Shown in pieces: positions 1 through 10,528 of a DNA stretch of 64,000 nt (position 1 is the stretch's first letter; each line of letters begins with the position of its first letter). Where the stretch lies: the IMG/VR virus record IMGVR_UViG_3300037067_012889, positions 299,886 to 363,885 of that record. One strand, 5' to 3'. A program made the position numbers and the translations under genes. This DNA comes from a virus (taxonomy: Duplodnaviria; Caudoviricetes). The notes beneath the pieces were generated by a model. It made no database searches and was not told the origin of the DNA. It was given only the letters and a program-made list of their open reading frames with translations.

Positions 1-205
1 CCCAATACATATATTGGGCTGGGATGCGTTCATGTTGCTCTTCTAATAATTCATAATTTATATCGATATCTTCTGCTAAGTTGATTTCACAGATTGTACC
101 GTTTTGTAATTTGACCTTAAATTGAAATAGAGAACTATTGGCAAGATCGAGTGGTACATGTTCTCGAAACCATTGCGGCATCTGTTCTTTTTTATCGTAT
201 ACCAT
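1..205 (-). CDS. Partial ORF running off the window; possible UvsY-like recombination mediator
   Basis: Manual translation from ATG at 205: MVYDKKEQ...EINLAEDIDINYELLEEQHERIPAQYMYW. The D-I-x-x-x-L-E-E...P-x-x-Y-x-Y-W pattern resembles phage UvsY, and recA and a helicase are nearby. Confidence 0.45.
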   Translation of the reverse strand, partial: MVYDKKEQMPQWFREHVPLDLANSSLFQFKVKLQNGTICEINLAEDIDINYELLEEQHERIPAQYMYW

Positions 206-220
206 ATGTTCTCAAATACG

Positions 221-1414
221 TCATTTTGTTCGAAATTTATTTACATCTAAATATATTCCACACGGTTTCCATTGACACCAGCTTTTACCGATATTAATAC
301 GTACCGGAAATACTGGATCAGAATCTAATATTCCAGAAAACGGCCTACACATAATGTTGGCAACTTCCCGTATTGTCGATTTTAATACATTTTTACTACA
401 AGCAAGTGTTATAGAGTCGTGTGTTTCAGCCAGCAATCTATAATCTGATTCCCAGACCTTTCTAATAACTATTTGCATCGCGTGTGCTATAGATCCCTGC
501 ATTGTCGCATTGAAAGCAGACCGTGGCTTTTCAGCATTAAAAAATTCCCTACCTAGAATGCTAAAAATTGGCTCTCCATTATCCATCTTCTCTTTCTGAA
601 TAATTATCCATTCACGCAGCTCTGGGAACATTTGAAGTATCGGATGATCAATGTCAATTGCATTAATAGCACGCAGCAGCATGACCTTACAATCTTTTCT
701 GGGCACTTCAAGTTTTTCAGATATCTTCATATATGGATCGTGATTTATTGATATATCATTCAATTCTTTATCACCACTCAATATTGCAGCGATACGTATA
801 TCTGCCGCTCTCCAATCGAAATTAACAAACAAATCAGATTGATCGCCGTGCGGATCTGATATAAAATCACTTGCCGATGTGCCTTGAAGATTAAAACCGG
901 TATTCTTGCTTCTTCCACTGACTGTTCGATGTGTCCACTTAGGAAATTTGTGCAGACCTCCAACTAATATGCCCTGTCGTTCAAGACTCTCATAAACAAC
1001 AGAAGCATTAGCAGCTATATTATGCCATATTTTAATTTTCTGACTTTGCAACTCAGCAAGCATGCTATTGATTACAAGCGACGCCTCCTCTAATGTAGTG
1101 GACGTCGTTTTAGGAAATGGTAAGAAGACGTCGCATATATTTAATCGCTCCTTAGGAAGCGAAAAGTTGAAGCCAGTCAATACAGATTTAAAGTCGTTTG
1201 TAACGATCGTTTTATCGCACAACAACGACCGTTCAATCCATTGGCATATCTTACCAGATGATCGGTGGATATCATATATTGACTTGCCGGTACCAGAGAT
1301 ATAAAGTGGTATTATTACGTCTTTACCCGATGTCCTAATACCGGCTACTAATGGTCTTAGTTTCTTATCAAATAATGCACAAAAATAGCTGATAGAATCA
1401 TTAACTAAGACCAT
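221..1414 (-). CDS. Minimal family-A (Pol I-like) DNA polymerase domain
   Basis: TVSGR...NLQ, motif A DWRAADIRIAA, motif B-like RKDCK, NATMQGS, motif C HDS; only 397 aa. Confidence 0.8.
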   Translation of the reverse strand: MVLVNDSISYFCALFDKKLRPLVAGIRTSGKDVIIPLYISGTGKSIYDIHRSSGKICQWIERSLLCDKTIVTNDFKSVLTGFNFSLPKERLNICDVFLPFPKTTSTTLEEASLVINSMLAELQSQKIKIWHNIAANASVVYESLERQGILVGGLHKFPKWTHRTVSGRSKNTGFNLQGTSASDFISDPHGDQSDLFVNFDWRAADIRIAAILSGDKELNDISINHDPYMKISEKLEVPRKDCKVMLLRAINAIDIDHPILQMFPELREWIIIQKEKMDNGEPIFSILGREFFNAEKPRSAFNATMQGSIAHAMQIVIRKVWESDYRLLAETHDSITLACSKNVLKSTIREVANIMCRPFSGILDSDPVFPVRINIGKSWCQWKPCGIYLDVNKFRTK

Positions 1415-1416
1415 TA

Positions 1417-1824
1417 TTATGTTAAGAAATGCTTCTGCTTTGATGGTTTCTTACTACCTGCACGAAGCTTGTCAACCAACTCTGCTTTTTCTCCGGCTGG
1501 TCGCATATATCCGTATGGATCATTATTCTGCAACTGGTGCAATGCCATATCACGTTGTAGTGCGCCGGCATTCTTCTTCTTAAATTCGCGCCAGTCACCA
1601 CCACGAATAAATGTACTCTGCGTCGTTTCTAACAGAGTAATCTTCGTGTTGTACCCTTCACACAGAGGACATTGTGTTGCTTGCTTCAATTCTTCTTCAG
1701 TTGGAAACATACTGTGTGAAGTTTCAAACAGCAACACGGTTTGCTCTTCGTCGGTCAAAGACCTACCAAGCTTCACTTCACCAGCAGATATACAGTCCGT
1801 GCAGATATAGTTATATCGCGGCAT
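1417..1824 (-). CDS. FmdB-family zinc-ribbon protein
   Basis: MPRYNYICTDC...CPLC. Confidence 0.7.
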   Translation of the reverse strand: MPRYNYICTDCISAGEVKLGRSLTDEEQTVLLFETSHSMFPTEEELKQATQCPLCEGYNTKITLLETTQSTFIRGGDWREFKKKNAGALQRDMALHQLQNNDPYGYMRPAGEKAELVDKLRAGSKKPSKQKHFLT

Positions 1825-1832
1825 TATCGCAC

Positions 1833-2243
1833 TTATTCCTTGGCTTTATCAACACCTACGATATAAACAACATCACCAGCATCACCAGGTACTCCAGCCT
1901 GTATGTTGCTATATCGAACCAAAACAATACGTACGCTGCCGTATGTCGGATACAAATTATCCAAGTTACACATCGCTGGTTTCGTCGCAAATTTGACGAT
2001 AGAACCAATTGGGAATGCATTGCTCATCTCTTCATCGACGAGTGGCCCAATACCAACGATGATGCCAATAGTTGGTTCTTCTTCTATAGTGATGATTGCT
2101 GACGTTTTCTGCGACAAAATCGGAGCGATTGCCACATAATCGTTTGCAACACGGATCGGCGTCACCTGATAGACACCATTTTTAGGTTTGATGAATTCGA
2201 CTGTATTCTCAAACGATCTTCCCAATAAAGCATTTTCAGACAT
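1833..2243 (-). CDS. GroES-like co-chaperonin
   Basis: PIRVANDYVAI...GIIVGIGP...IGSIVKF...LVRYSNIQA follows the Cpn10 pattern. Confidence 0.6.
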   Translation of the reverse strand: MSENALLGRSFENTVEFIKPKNGVYQVTPIRVANDYVAIAPILSQKTSAIITIEEEPTIGIIVGIGPLVDEEMSNAFPIGSIVKFATKPAMCNLDNLYPTYGSVRIVLVRYSNIQAGVPGDAGDVVYIVGVDKAKE

Positions 2244-2262
2244 GATGTTCTCTAATTAAAGG

Positions 2263-3675
2263 TTATTCTATCTCAGCCATGCCCATTCTACCATAAAATA
2301 CATTGGCTGTGACGGAGACAAATTTTGGTCCATTACGATTCTTAGCTATCCAAAATCTAATTATAGACGGGATGTCTTTCTCAGCATCACCTATTTTATA
2401 CTCATCCTCAGTTTGATTTAAACTTACCACATAATCAACTGGCATAGCCTTGCCGAAACTCTCTGCCGCTTTATCTAAGTCGATATGCGCCTGCACGGCC
2501 TGTGCACCAGGCGCAGCATTACCGGCATTGCCATTTTTCACACCACCACGATTCGTCTGTGTCGCAGAATAAACAAGCACATTTTCATTCTTCGCCAAAC
2601 CACGCATTTCAGTAGCTACACTTTTTTGTCTTGTGTAATCACCATCATTATTATAACTATGGCGGCTTTGCATCAATTCCAAATAATCAAGAACAACTAC
2701 CTTAGGTATCCAGCCTTTAATTTTTCGGTTTGTCTCGATAATGCCATAAATGTTATTAACACTACATTCATCTGGCGGTAACTCATAAATAACGAAATCA
2801 CCGACTTTACCTTTGTCGGCCTTGATAATACCTCGTACAGCAGACTGTGTACTACGAATCGATTCTTGATCAGCTTCTGATAACTTATCAATATTGGCTC
2901 GTGCGAATTTTCGAATAGCTTTTTTAGACATACAACTCGCTAAGCGTATCGCCGTCTTATATGCAGAAAGCTCAAACGTCACAAACAAGACATTATGACC
3001 TTGCAACATAGCAGCATGTGCCATGTTAATTAATGTCAACGTCTTACCAACACCTGTCGGGGCTAAGACTATAAGAACTTCTCCGGGTGATGGGCCACCT
3101 TCATTTAATGGAGCATCAAGACCTGGAAATCCGGTGCTAATATGCTCTATCGCAGTATCGGCGAAGATCTCATCTATCTGATCGAAAAACCAAAACCCTT
3201 GATTACCAATCGTATTGATGCTAGAAGCAGAATCAACAATCTTACGTAAAAACTCATGATCACCTCGTTGATGTGCTGCGATAGCATCGTCAGAATACAA
3301 TTGTGCATATGATTGATGCTCTACCCAATCGCGTAACGTTTGCCGTAATATCGGCGCTTCTCTAGGATTCGATTGTCTATCGACAACACTCAATATTTCT
3401 TCATATGGATCGTCAACAGTCAGTTGTTTCGCAAGACGATCATGCAGCAATGGGCGAGATGGTATCACACCGAATTTGTCAAAATCTTGTTTTAATGCCG
3501 CTACGACATACTTTACTTCTGGCCTTGTAAATAAATCTGCAGTAATAAATTTCGATGTAGGAATATATAATTCTGGAAAATCTAGAATTAACGATATGAT
3601 ACCAGCTTCCATATTTGGGCCAAATGGCGAATCGACAGAACTAGATTCTTGTTCTGTCTGCAGAGCCTCGATCAT
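2263..3675 (-). CDS. dnaB: Replicative helicase, DnaB/T4 gp41-like
   Basis: Walker A APTGVGKT, FVTFELS, VVLDYLELM, SATQTNR, AKNRNGP. Confidence 0.9.
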   Translation of the reverse strand: MIEALQTEQESSSVDSPFGPNMEAGIISLILDFPELYIPTSKFITADLFTRPEVKYVVAALKQDFDKFGVIPSRPLLHDRLAKQLTVDDPYEEILSVVDRQSNPREAPILRQTLRDWVEHQSYAQLYSDDAIAAHQRGDHEFLRKIVDSASSINTIGNQGFWFFDQIDEIFADTAIEHISTGFPGLDAPLNEGGPSPGEVLIVLAPTGVGKTLTLINMAHAAMLQGHNVLFVTFELSAYKTAIRLASCMSKKAIRKFARANIDKLSEADQESIRSTQSAVRGIIKADKGKVGDFVIYELPPDECSVNNIYGIIETNRKIKGWIPKVVVLDYLELMQSRHSYNNDGDYTRQKSVATEMRGLAKNENVLVYSATQTNRGGVKNGNAGNAAPGAQAVQAHIDLDKAAESFGKAMPVDYVVSLNQTEDEYKIGDAEKDIPSIIRFWIAKNRNGPKFVSVTANVFYGRMGMAEIE

Positions 3676-3992
3676 TAGGTCAATCCTTGGTATAAACGCT
3701 GTAGAGCGGCTAGCTGGTTTTGTAAGCTTGCAATACAGATCGCTATTGCTGTTCTGTAATCGATCAAATCGTCCTCATAGAATTTAATCGGTAGAACTCG
3801 TTGACCTGTTATCCTATCACCTATAGTCTGGACAGTCGATGGTTGCTTAAGATGCATAGCCAACGTATATTCTAGCTTTCCCGTTGGCTGATAGCTCATA
3901 CTTTTAATATTATAAGCTTCCAGAAACCCAAGAGCCGCAGATTCTCTTAAATATACTGCCTGACCAATATCATAAAGCGGTGCTTTAGCCAT
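3675..3992 (-). CDS. Hypothetical protein
   Basis: 105-aa ORF abutting recA and the helicase. Confidence 0.65.
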   Translation of the reverse strand: MAKAPLYDIGQAVYLRESAALGFLEAYNIKSMSYQPTGKLEYTLAMHLKQPSTVQTIGDRITGQRVLPIKFYEDDLIDYRTAIAICIASLQNQLAALQRLYQGLT

Positions 3993-5122
3993 TACTCTAC
4001 CTCATCGAATGTTTCTTCTTCTTCCGTATCTTTGGTAGAGCTATCAGCGGGCGCAAGATCGGAAATTTGACCAACTTCCATCAATTTATAGGTCTCATCG
4101 GAGATAAGACCAAATAACTCTGGATCGGCCCCTAATGTCGTAATCAATTTTTCTTTTCCTATCGCAATCTTACGATCACCGAAATAATAATTAGAGCCCT
4201 TTTGCGTTATCACCTTCATATCAATGGCACAATCGATCAATGACGACATCTTGTTAAATCCATATATGCCAGTAGTACCAAAATGGATTTCAAGTGCTAC
4301 AGAGCGAAATGGCGGTGCTACTTTATTCTTAGCAATCTTTATTTTAGTCTTTACGCCATAAGGCCGATCTTTCTCGCGTAATGTCTCGGCTCTACGAATT
4401 TCCAATCTGACAGAGGAATAGAACTTCAGTGCTCTGCCACCGGGAGTGGTCTCAGGATGCACATAACTTGGTCCTAGTTGGCCAATCTTATCTCGCAGCT
4501 GATTGATAAATAGTACAGTAGTGCCAGTCCTGAGACATTTGCCCGCTATCTTGCGCAGGCCCTTTGACATCAACCTGGCCTGTGCACCTATTTGTTTATC
4601 ACCTATATCTCCGTCCAACTCTTCCTGTGGTACTAGTGCTGCAACACTATCGACTACAACAAGACCGATTATCCCGGAATTTACAAGTGCTTGAACAATG
4701 TCAAAGGCTTGTTCACCACTGTCTGGCTGCGACAATAACCATTTCTTGACATCGACACCAATACGCGTGGCCCAATCATAATCCAATGAATGCTCAGCAT
4801 CTACATAAGCAACCAATTTGCCGTTCTGCTGAAAGCTCGCTACTATTTGTAGGGCGAGTGTAGTCTTTCCACTAGATTCCGCACCATATGCTTCTATAAT
4901 TCTACCCTCTGGCAAGCCACGGCAACCGAGGGCGAAATCTAGACTTACCAAGCCAGTAGACGTCGATTTTGTTGGTTTGATAGTTTCTTCGCCGCCCCAG
5001 TGAATAGAATCACCGAATTTTTTCTCCAAATCTGACATCATGTCATCGAAACTAATCATTTGGCCAGATTCATCTGCTGCGACTTGGGCGTCCGACTTCA
5101 CAGTTGGTCTCTTCTTCGCCAT
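3992..5122 (-). CDS. recA: RecA recombinase
   Basis: GRIIEAYGAESSGKTT, DAEHSLD, VVVDSVAAL, QARLMS, FINQLR, GGRALKFYSSVR, KNKVAPPF. Confidence 0.97.
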   Translation of the reverse strand: MAKKRPTVKSDAQVAADESGQMISFDDMMSDLEKKFGDSIHWGGEETIKPTKSTSTGLVSLDFALGCRGLPEGRIIEAYGAESSGKTTLALQIVASFQQNGKLVAYVDAEHSLDYDWATRIGVDVKKWLLSQPDSGEQAFDIVQALVNSGIIGLVVVDSVAALVPQEELDGDIGDKQIGAQARLMSKGLRKIAGKCLRTGTTVLFINQLRDKIGQLGPSYVHPETTPGGRALKFYSSVRLEIRRAETLREKDRPYGVKTKIKIAKNKVAPPFRSVALEIHFGTTGIYGFNKMSSLIDCAIDMKVITQKGSNYYFGDRKIAIGKEKLITTLGADPELFGLISDETYKLMEVGQISDLAPADSSTKDTEEEETFDEVE

Positions 5123-5415
5123 TATTTCTTTTTGCCTTTATAACAGATGTTCGTCAAGCAATCTATTACTTGTTGACGGTCGTTTGTGCAAACCTTTCGA
5201 ATATCACCCAATGGAATACGGATAAGAGTTTCGTCTTTGGCCAGTAGAGCATCACCATCGATCATACCCACTACACTCCATCTACCGTGAGGACTTGGCG
5301 CAAAACCAGGCTTGGTAGATAAATATTTCACTCTTTTGACAGTCAATAATTCTACTTGATCAAGCTGTCGAATTATTGGCCTTGGTTCTTCTGGTATGTA
5401 ATTGGGACTATACAT
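5122..5415 (-). CDS. Hypothetical protein
   Basis: 97-aa ORF coupled to the recA start. Confidence 0.6.
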   Translation of the reverse strand: MYSPNYIPEEPRPIIRQLDQVELLTVKRVKYLSTKPGFAPSPHGRWSVVGMIDGDALLAKDETLIRIPLGDIRKVCTNDRQQVIDCLTNICYKGKKK

Positions 5416-5451
5416 TTGTCATCCGAGCAAAGATTTATATAGGAGAATGTC

Positions 5452-5895
5452 ATGAACAACAATGAAATGCTGTTGACTGAAGCCGTCCAAACATATTTAC
5501 AGCACAAAGTCAAACTAGGGCTGCAAGATCCACCGAAGGAATTGGCAGATGCCGATGCCAAATCCTTGCAATTCATGCACGAGCAGATAAATGATCTGTT
5601 CGAAGTCAAAGCAGTTGATCTGGTATGTTTTGAAGGTGCATGTAGGGCATTTCGAAAAGTTCATAACTACAAATATATTACCGATCCATTGTTCGAAAAA
5701 GCCTTGACACAAGAAATGATCAGTCAGGGTGTGTTAGGTGCAGAACAAGAAAAGGTAATAGGCATCATTGATACTATAAAAGAAGAAGTTAGTGTTGGTG
5801 ACGGATGGTGTGAACAAGATGCCGGATATCATCCAGATCTAAAGGGAATTATTGCTGTTAGCAAGCCAGGGCAATCTCCGGGCAGTATAGAATGA
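5452..5895 (+). CDS. Hypothetical protein
   Basis: 147-aa ORF with AGGAG RBS. Confidence 0.65.
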   Translation: MNNNEMLLTEAVQTYLQHKVKLGLQDPPKELADADAKSLQFMHEQINDLFEVKAVDLVCFEGACRAFRKVHNYKYITDPLFEKALTQEMISQGVLGAEQEKVIGIIDTIKEEVSVGDGWCEQDAGYHPDLKGIIAVSKPGQSPGSIE

Positions 5896-6146
5896 AATTA
5901 TTGACATTAAGTGAAGGCGATCTTCTTAAAGCCCTGACACACGCCACCGGTGCCCAATATAGTCGTAAATCATTGCTAAGCATGAGCGCGGACGATATTA
6001 AAACAAGAGCAGATAATGGCCAAGACGCTGGCTCAAGGGTTTCTGGTTTCACATCTCAAGCGACAGGTGTACCAATAAAGCCAAGGCATCGTAAGTTCTT
6101 GGGTGTCTCGACACGACAATTTAGCTTATCGCCGCCCGGTCTATAA
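5892..6146 (+). CDS. Hypothetical protein
   Basis: ATGA overlap with the previous gene. Confidence 0.55.
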   Translation: MKLLTLSEGDLLKALTHATGAQYSRKSLLSMSADDIKTRADNGQDAGSRVSGFTSQATGVPIKPRHRKFLGVSTRQFSLSPPGL

Positions 6147-6273
6147 CTACCATTTTATGAATGTTATAGTTCCGATTCTAAATAAACGCCTAGGTGGATT
6201 TGCGGTAGCATACTGAAAATATGCGTCGTTTGTAATATTCCATCCAAATAACGAATAATAGAATGTTTTCATA

Positions 6274-7083
6274 TTAAGCTAGGCCAGAGCCTCCACATTT
6301 AGGACATGCGATTGTTTCCGTCTGGCTCTTCTTAATTTGCCCTTCACCATTACACATAACACAACGATGTAAGTCGTATCCATCTACAAAAGAATGATCC
6401 TCAGATGCTTGCCGCTTAAACCTACGCTGCAAGTCGGCATCAGTCATAGTTTTTGCAATTCTGACTCTAGTAGTACCGAGACCATCCTGTCTAATCGATG
6501 GAATTGCTAATGGAGTACCATGTCTACCCTCAGCAAGCTCCATCTTAACTAGGCCATCTCGTGCACCATCGGGTAATTTGTCGCTGAGATCATTTGGATT
6601 GTAAGCATCATGCCCCTCGACACCGCGTCCGTCAACTGATCCAGATAAACCAGAAACACGCCTCTGCATGACATTATCAACTTCGGATGCGGGTAATATA
6701 CCCTCGGCTCTACCACCACGCAATTCTGCGATTTGCGATTCAACGATTGGCTTGGTAGTCGTCGCAGTTGGTTGTTGTTGTGCTTTCGCAACCATGATAC
6801 TACCCTGTGGCGCAACTACCATACCAAGTTCAGCTGCTTGCTTTAGAAATTCCGCCATCCTAGCATCATAATCAGTCTTCCACTTTAAATAAGCTACTTT
6901 AGCCGCCTTAGGAGTTATGTCATCTGCGTGTTCAGAACAAACCTTCACAGTAATTTTTTGATCATCTATCGTTATTGTAAGTTCTGTTTCCAAATCCTTA
7001 TCAGATCCACATATAATACAATTGTTGTTTTGCATTGTCTTGTCTCTGTCATCTTCCCACGAATGCGGTCTGTGCATAGTCAT
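6274..7083 (-). CDS. Zinc-finger protein with C-terminal DnaJ-type CxxCxGxG repeats
   Basis: N-terminal CIIC...CSEH; C-terminal CVMCNGEG...CPKCGGSG. Confidence 0.6.
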   Translation of the reverse strand: MTMHRPHSWEDDRDKTMQNNNCIICGSDKDLETELTITIDDQKITVKVCSEHADDITPKAAKVAYLKWKTDYDARMAEFLKQAAELGMVVAPQGSIMVAKAQQQPTATTTKPIVESQIAELRGGRAEGILPASEVDNVMQRRVSGLSGSVDGRGVEGHDAYNPNDLSDKLPDGARDGLVKMELAEGRHGTPLAIPSIRQDGLGTTRVRIAKTMTDADLQRRFKRQASEDHSFVDGYDLHRCVMCNGEGQIKKSQTETIACPKCGGSGLA

Positions 7084-7134
7084 ACTCGTATTTAAATCCT
7101 ATAATTAAATACACAACAGAATGGAAAAATTATT

Positions 7135-7554
7135 ATGGCAAAAATTAACGTCATATCTGTAGATCTCGGAGACCCAGTAGAGCAAATTATTTCTGAGGAC
7201 GTTCGGCAGCTCAGCGAAGAAACCATAGAAAACATCAAAGTCGCTGCACAGGAAAAAGCCAGAGGTCCGATAAGAAGCGATCCCGAATCACTAGCGACAC
7301 AAGCAGCCTATGATCTGCTCTTCGCAGCAATACCAACTGGTGAACCTGTCGAGATTAATAAGTTATTAGAAGCATCTAGCCCAGCTGTCACAAATCCATC
7401 GTCATTGATGATGAGGATGAAAGGTTTACTGCGGCAAAAAGGTAATGAATATGTACTAAGAAAAAGCATGCGCGATAAGAAACCAGTTTATCGCTTAATA
7501 CCATATAATCTAGAGAATATCAAGGACGATCAATTGCAGCAAGACGCTTCATAA
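7135..7554 (+). CDS. Hypothetical protein
   Basis: 139-aa ORF divergent from 7083. Confidence 0.6.
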   Translation: MAKINVISVDLGDPVEQIISEDVRQLSEETIENIKVAAQEKARGPIRSDPESLATQAAYDLLFAAIPTGEPVEINKLLEASSPAVTNPSSLMMRMKGLLRQKGNEYVLRKSMRDKKPVYRLIPYNLENIKDDQLQQDAS

Positions 7555-8239
7555 GTTTGGCCAATATCTCTATCTGACGTTCATATGCAGATCTTCTAAT
7601 TTGTTGTGTTAGATTTAATGGTGACGGATGCAATATAGCAAATACTTTAACGCCATATATATCGCTAGTAGTGATATTGCCCAAAGCCTGATCATAAGAA
7701 TGTCCTGGGCATAGACATCCAAAAGCTACAGCCCCCAATGTTACAATCAATTGTGGATTCATCAAGCCGATTTCCATCATCAAAAATGGCCGACATTTAT
7801 CAATCGATAGCTGCGTAGGTTTTGTGTTATCTGTGGTATAACATCGCACAGCATTAGTAATATAGAAATCTTTTCTAGAAAGCCCATGCTTTTCTATCTC
7901 TTTGTCGAAATTCTTACCGGAAGCACCGATAAATGGAGTTCCTTTAGTTATTTCGTCCCATCCAGGATTTTGTCCGACCACAAAAATCCTTGACGGAGTC
8001 ATGGATGACAATACGTGTGGATCACGCGCGACATTATTTCTTTCAGCTTCCTTCCTACCGAGCTCGCATATGGTACAAGCTAAACATGTGTGATTGAGCT
8101 GGTTAAGCATCCGCATTTTACGTTCAATTTGTGTTTCTTTTCCACCCATCATAGTACCAACATCCCAAGACGATATAATTTCTCGTTTTATAAATTTATT
8201 GTTCGATCCGCATCGCCAATCAAATGTGTTGCAATCCAT
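7520..8239 (-). CDS. udg: Uracil-DNA glycosylase, family 4 (Fe-S type)
   Basis: CLACTIC, VVGQNPG, PFIGASG, YITNAVRC, LGAVA, HPSP; true start may be about 8152. Confidence 0.9.
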   Translation of the reverse strand: MDCNTFDWRCGSNNKFIKREIISSWDVGTMMGGKETQIERKMRMLNQLNHTCLACTICELGRKEAERNNVARDPHVLSSMTPSRIFVVGQNPGWDEITKGTPFIGASGKNFDKEIEKHGLSRKDFYITNAVRCYTTDNTKPTQLSIDKCRPFLMMEIGLMNPQLIVTLGAVAFGCLCPGHSYDQALGNITTSDIYGVKVFAILHPSPLNLTQQIRRSAYERQIEILAKLMKRLAAIDRP

Positions 8240-8266
8240 AGGTAAATAGAATACAAAGGATGTATT

Positions 8267-8743
8267 ATGCTGACTAAAGACAAACGAGGAATTCGGTGCG
8301 ATCGATGCGGCTTAGATATTGTAGAGAAGTTTTCATATTTTTCATTCGATATCCAAGAAGCCAATGTCATAAATAATACAATAACACTTAAACCATCGAC
8401 AACATCTTTTGATATTTGTCCTCGTTGTCTTGAAGAATTAAAAGCCGTCATAATTAAATCTTACAAGCCATATAGAATAATTAATAACAAATCGTGTCCG
8501 GGTGGAATATTTTGCGATCTAAGTGGTACGCATATGATCGGTACTTTCATATGCTATTACATATGTGTGTCGTCCGTAAATGTCGATATCAAAGCAAAAC
8601 CGTCTACGCAGATTACAGATGATAAATATGTAGAATTATGGGTTTGCACTAGTATGTTCATACAGTTAAAAAATCGAGCCGAAGAAATCCAAAATAGTAA
8701 GGAAAGCCAAGAATGGTCATCGCAAGCAATTCAAACAAAATAA
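8267..8743 (+). CDS. Cys-rich hypothetical protein
   Basis: CDRC...CPRC...CDLS; two internally similar halves. Confidence 0.6.
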   Translation: MLTKDKRGIRCDRCGLDIVEKFSYFSFDIQEANVINNTITLKPSTTSFDICPRCLEELKAVIIKSYKPYRIINNKSCPGGIFCDLSGTHMIGTFICYYICVSSVNVDIKAKPSTQITDDKYVELWVCTSMFIQLKNRAEEIQNSKESQEWSSQAIQTK

Positions 8744-9162
8744 TCCTATTACCAACTGAACATTCAACACAATTTCAACTGATTGACTTATTCGTCGCAT
8801 TACCGACTCAAAAGCCGAACCCTATTTCTCACATGCAAGCGAGGCCGTTTGAATTCACATTAGATATGCCATCAAAATTCTCTGCTATGTGTCCTTTTTG
8901 CTGCGCTGGTTTTTATGTTTCTGCGTGTGATATTATAGATAAATATGGGTATAAATTTGTCTGGTGCCCAGAATGTGGAGCAGGAAAAGAAGAGATGCCG
9001 GCACCACTCCCAATGTTTGTCGATCCCTTTGTCAATCCTTTCGATAGCAAACAACTAACTCGTTGCGAATTAGATGAAACCGTAACATCGATAGATAATG
9101 TAATCAACGATAATTCATTAACCGTCGCCCAAAAAATGTCGAGAAAAGAATGCGCGGAGTAA
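8713..9162 (+). CDS. Zinc-ribbon hypothetical protein
   Basis: CPFC...CPEC. Confidence 0.55.
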   Translation: MVIASNSNKIILLPTEHSTQFQLIDLFVALPTQKPNPISHMQARPFEFTLDMPSKFSAMCPFCCAGFYVSACDIIDKYGYKFVWCPECGAGKEEMPAPLPMFVDPFVNPFDSKQLTRCELDETVTSIDNVINDNSLTVAQKMSRKECAE

Positions 9163-10067
9163 TTCTCGGTAGCGGAATTATTGGACTTCTTGCAAGAGAA
9201 ATCCTAGGCGATGAATGGTTAGTCATTCCATTTTCGCGATCTAGATTTTATAGTTTCCGCCCAGCTCTGGCCGATAATTTTATTATACGAGATGATCGTA
9301 TAGATGATCTTATTGGACATTTTGGCGGCAAGATATCATTCATCTATAAAACGCTCTATTCAGTCGGAGGCAGTTTACTTCCACCAGATGATTGCCTTAT
9401 TAATGCCTGGCTAAATAAGACATTTGGACAAAACGTACCATCACAAGCATTGCCATGCATTAAATCGAGAGGCGATCATTTCATTTATGATATCAGAGTT
9501 AATCGCCTATATCAAGAATTACAAAATAAATATAACCAACGCTTAGTAGACAACAGCAAAAGAGGTTCAGTGTCAGAAATAGGCAACCATTATTTGATAT
9601 GGGGAGGCCAAAGAATTGATTTCGACCATATGGTTAGCACTATCCAACTATCTAAATTATTCGAGCTAACTAAATTACCACATGACAGGCTACCAACATC
9701 GCAGGTATGGTATTACCACATCGAAACAAATAATTTGAACTTCGAAGGAGCAAATCAGGCGTTGGTTGTAGACGATTCAATTGATTTTTTTAAAGTAAGC
9801 AATATAGCAAAAAATCGATATCTATTTTATTTCTTACGCGACATGCCAGTTCCAGGTCCATATTTTATGCAGTTTATGCAGCAGTTCGATTTAATCGATG
9901 GGACAACTATAGCAGAAGCAATACCAACTGGCAATAAACCAGATTTAACACAATTAGACAAGCTAGGCATTGAATGTATAGGTTCTATGGCTGAGCACGA
10001 TTATTTCATGGATTTGGGTAGCTGTCTTGTTAAATTGCTGCGTAGAAAAACCATATTAACGTCCTAA
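9150..10067 (+). CDS. FAD/NAD-binding oxidoreductase-like protein
   Basis: N-terminal VILGSGIIG Rossmann motif; FDHMVSTI. Confidence 0.55.
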   Translation: MRGVILGSGIIGLLAREILGDEWLVIPFSRSRFYSFRPALADNFIIRDDRIDDLIGHFGGKISFIYKTLYSVGGSLLPPDDCLINAWLNKTFGQNVPSQALPCIKSRGDHFIYDIRVNRLYQELQNKYNQRLVDNSKRGSVSEIGNHYLIWGGQRIDFDHMVSTIQLSKLFELTKLPHDRLPTSQVWYYHIETNNLNFEGANQALVVDDSIDFFKVSNIAKNRYLFYFLRDMPVPGPYFMQFMQQFDLIDGTTIAEAIPTGNKPDLTQLDKLGIECIGSMAEHDYFMDLGSCLVKLLRRKTILTS

Positions 10068-10528
10068 CATTTTCTTACTACTGTCGGCGATTGGCATGGA
10101 CCATAAATGACTCGCTGTGGCTTGATTACGAGACCATCTAATGCACGTTTCAGATCACATGGATCGATATTTATTTCGAGTTGTGCTATAGCTTCAGTAA
10201 CAGCTTTAATAAGTGTCGATTGACATGATGGTGGAACAAACCCATATAATGGATCGCTCACAGATGGCGGCGTGCCGGTATCGTATATTGAAATCCATAG
10301 CCCATCATTGGCATTTATAATGTCCAGAGATGTCGGCAACTCCGCTTTATAATTTCCAGTTCCAACCGTACCAACTAAGACTTCTGGCATATCTACGAAC
10401 ACCGGAACAGCAGTGCTAACATCTTCAAGATTAGTACCATTCCACACTTGTGATAAATCATAATTATATGGAAGAAACTTGACATTCGTAAGACCAGAAA
10501 TGCCAAGATTTATGATGATTGTGGCCAT
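10064..10528 (-). CDS. Hypothetical protein, probably virion-associated
   Basis: Last gene of the fibre operon. Confidence 0.55.
   Translation of the reverse strand: MATIIINLGISGLTNVKFLPYNYDLSQVWNGTNLEDVSTAVPVFVDMPEVLVGTVGTGNYKAELPTSLDIINANDGLWISIYDTGTPPSVSDPLYGFVPPSCQSTLIKAVTEAIAQLEINIDPCDLKRALDGLVIKPQRVIYGPCQSPTVVRKC

Noticed and set aside
7084-7134. TAAATAC as a phage late-promoter motif (also near 43955 and 49082)
   Set aside because: Too few and inconsistently oriented instances in AT-rich DNA to support by eye.
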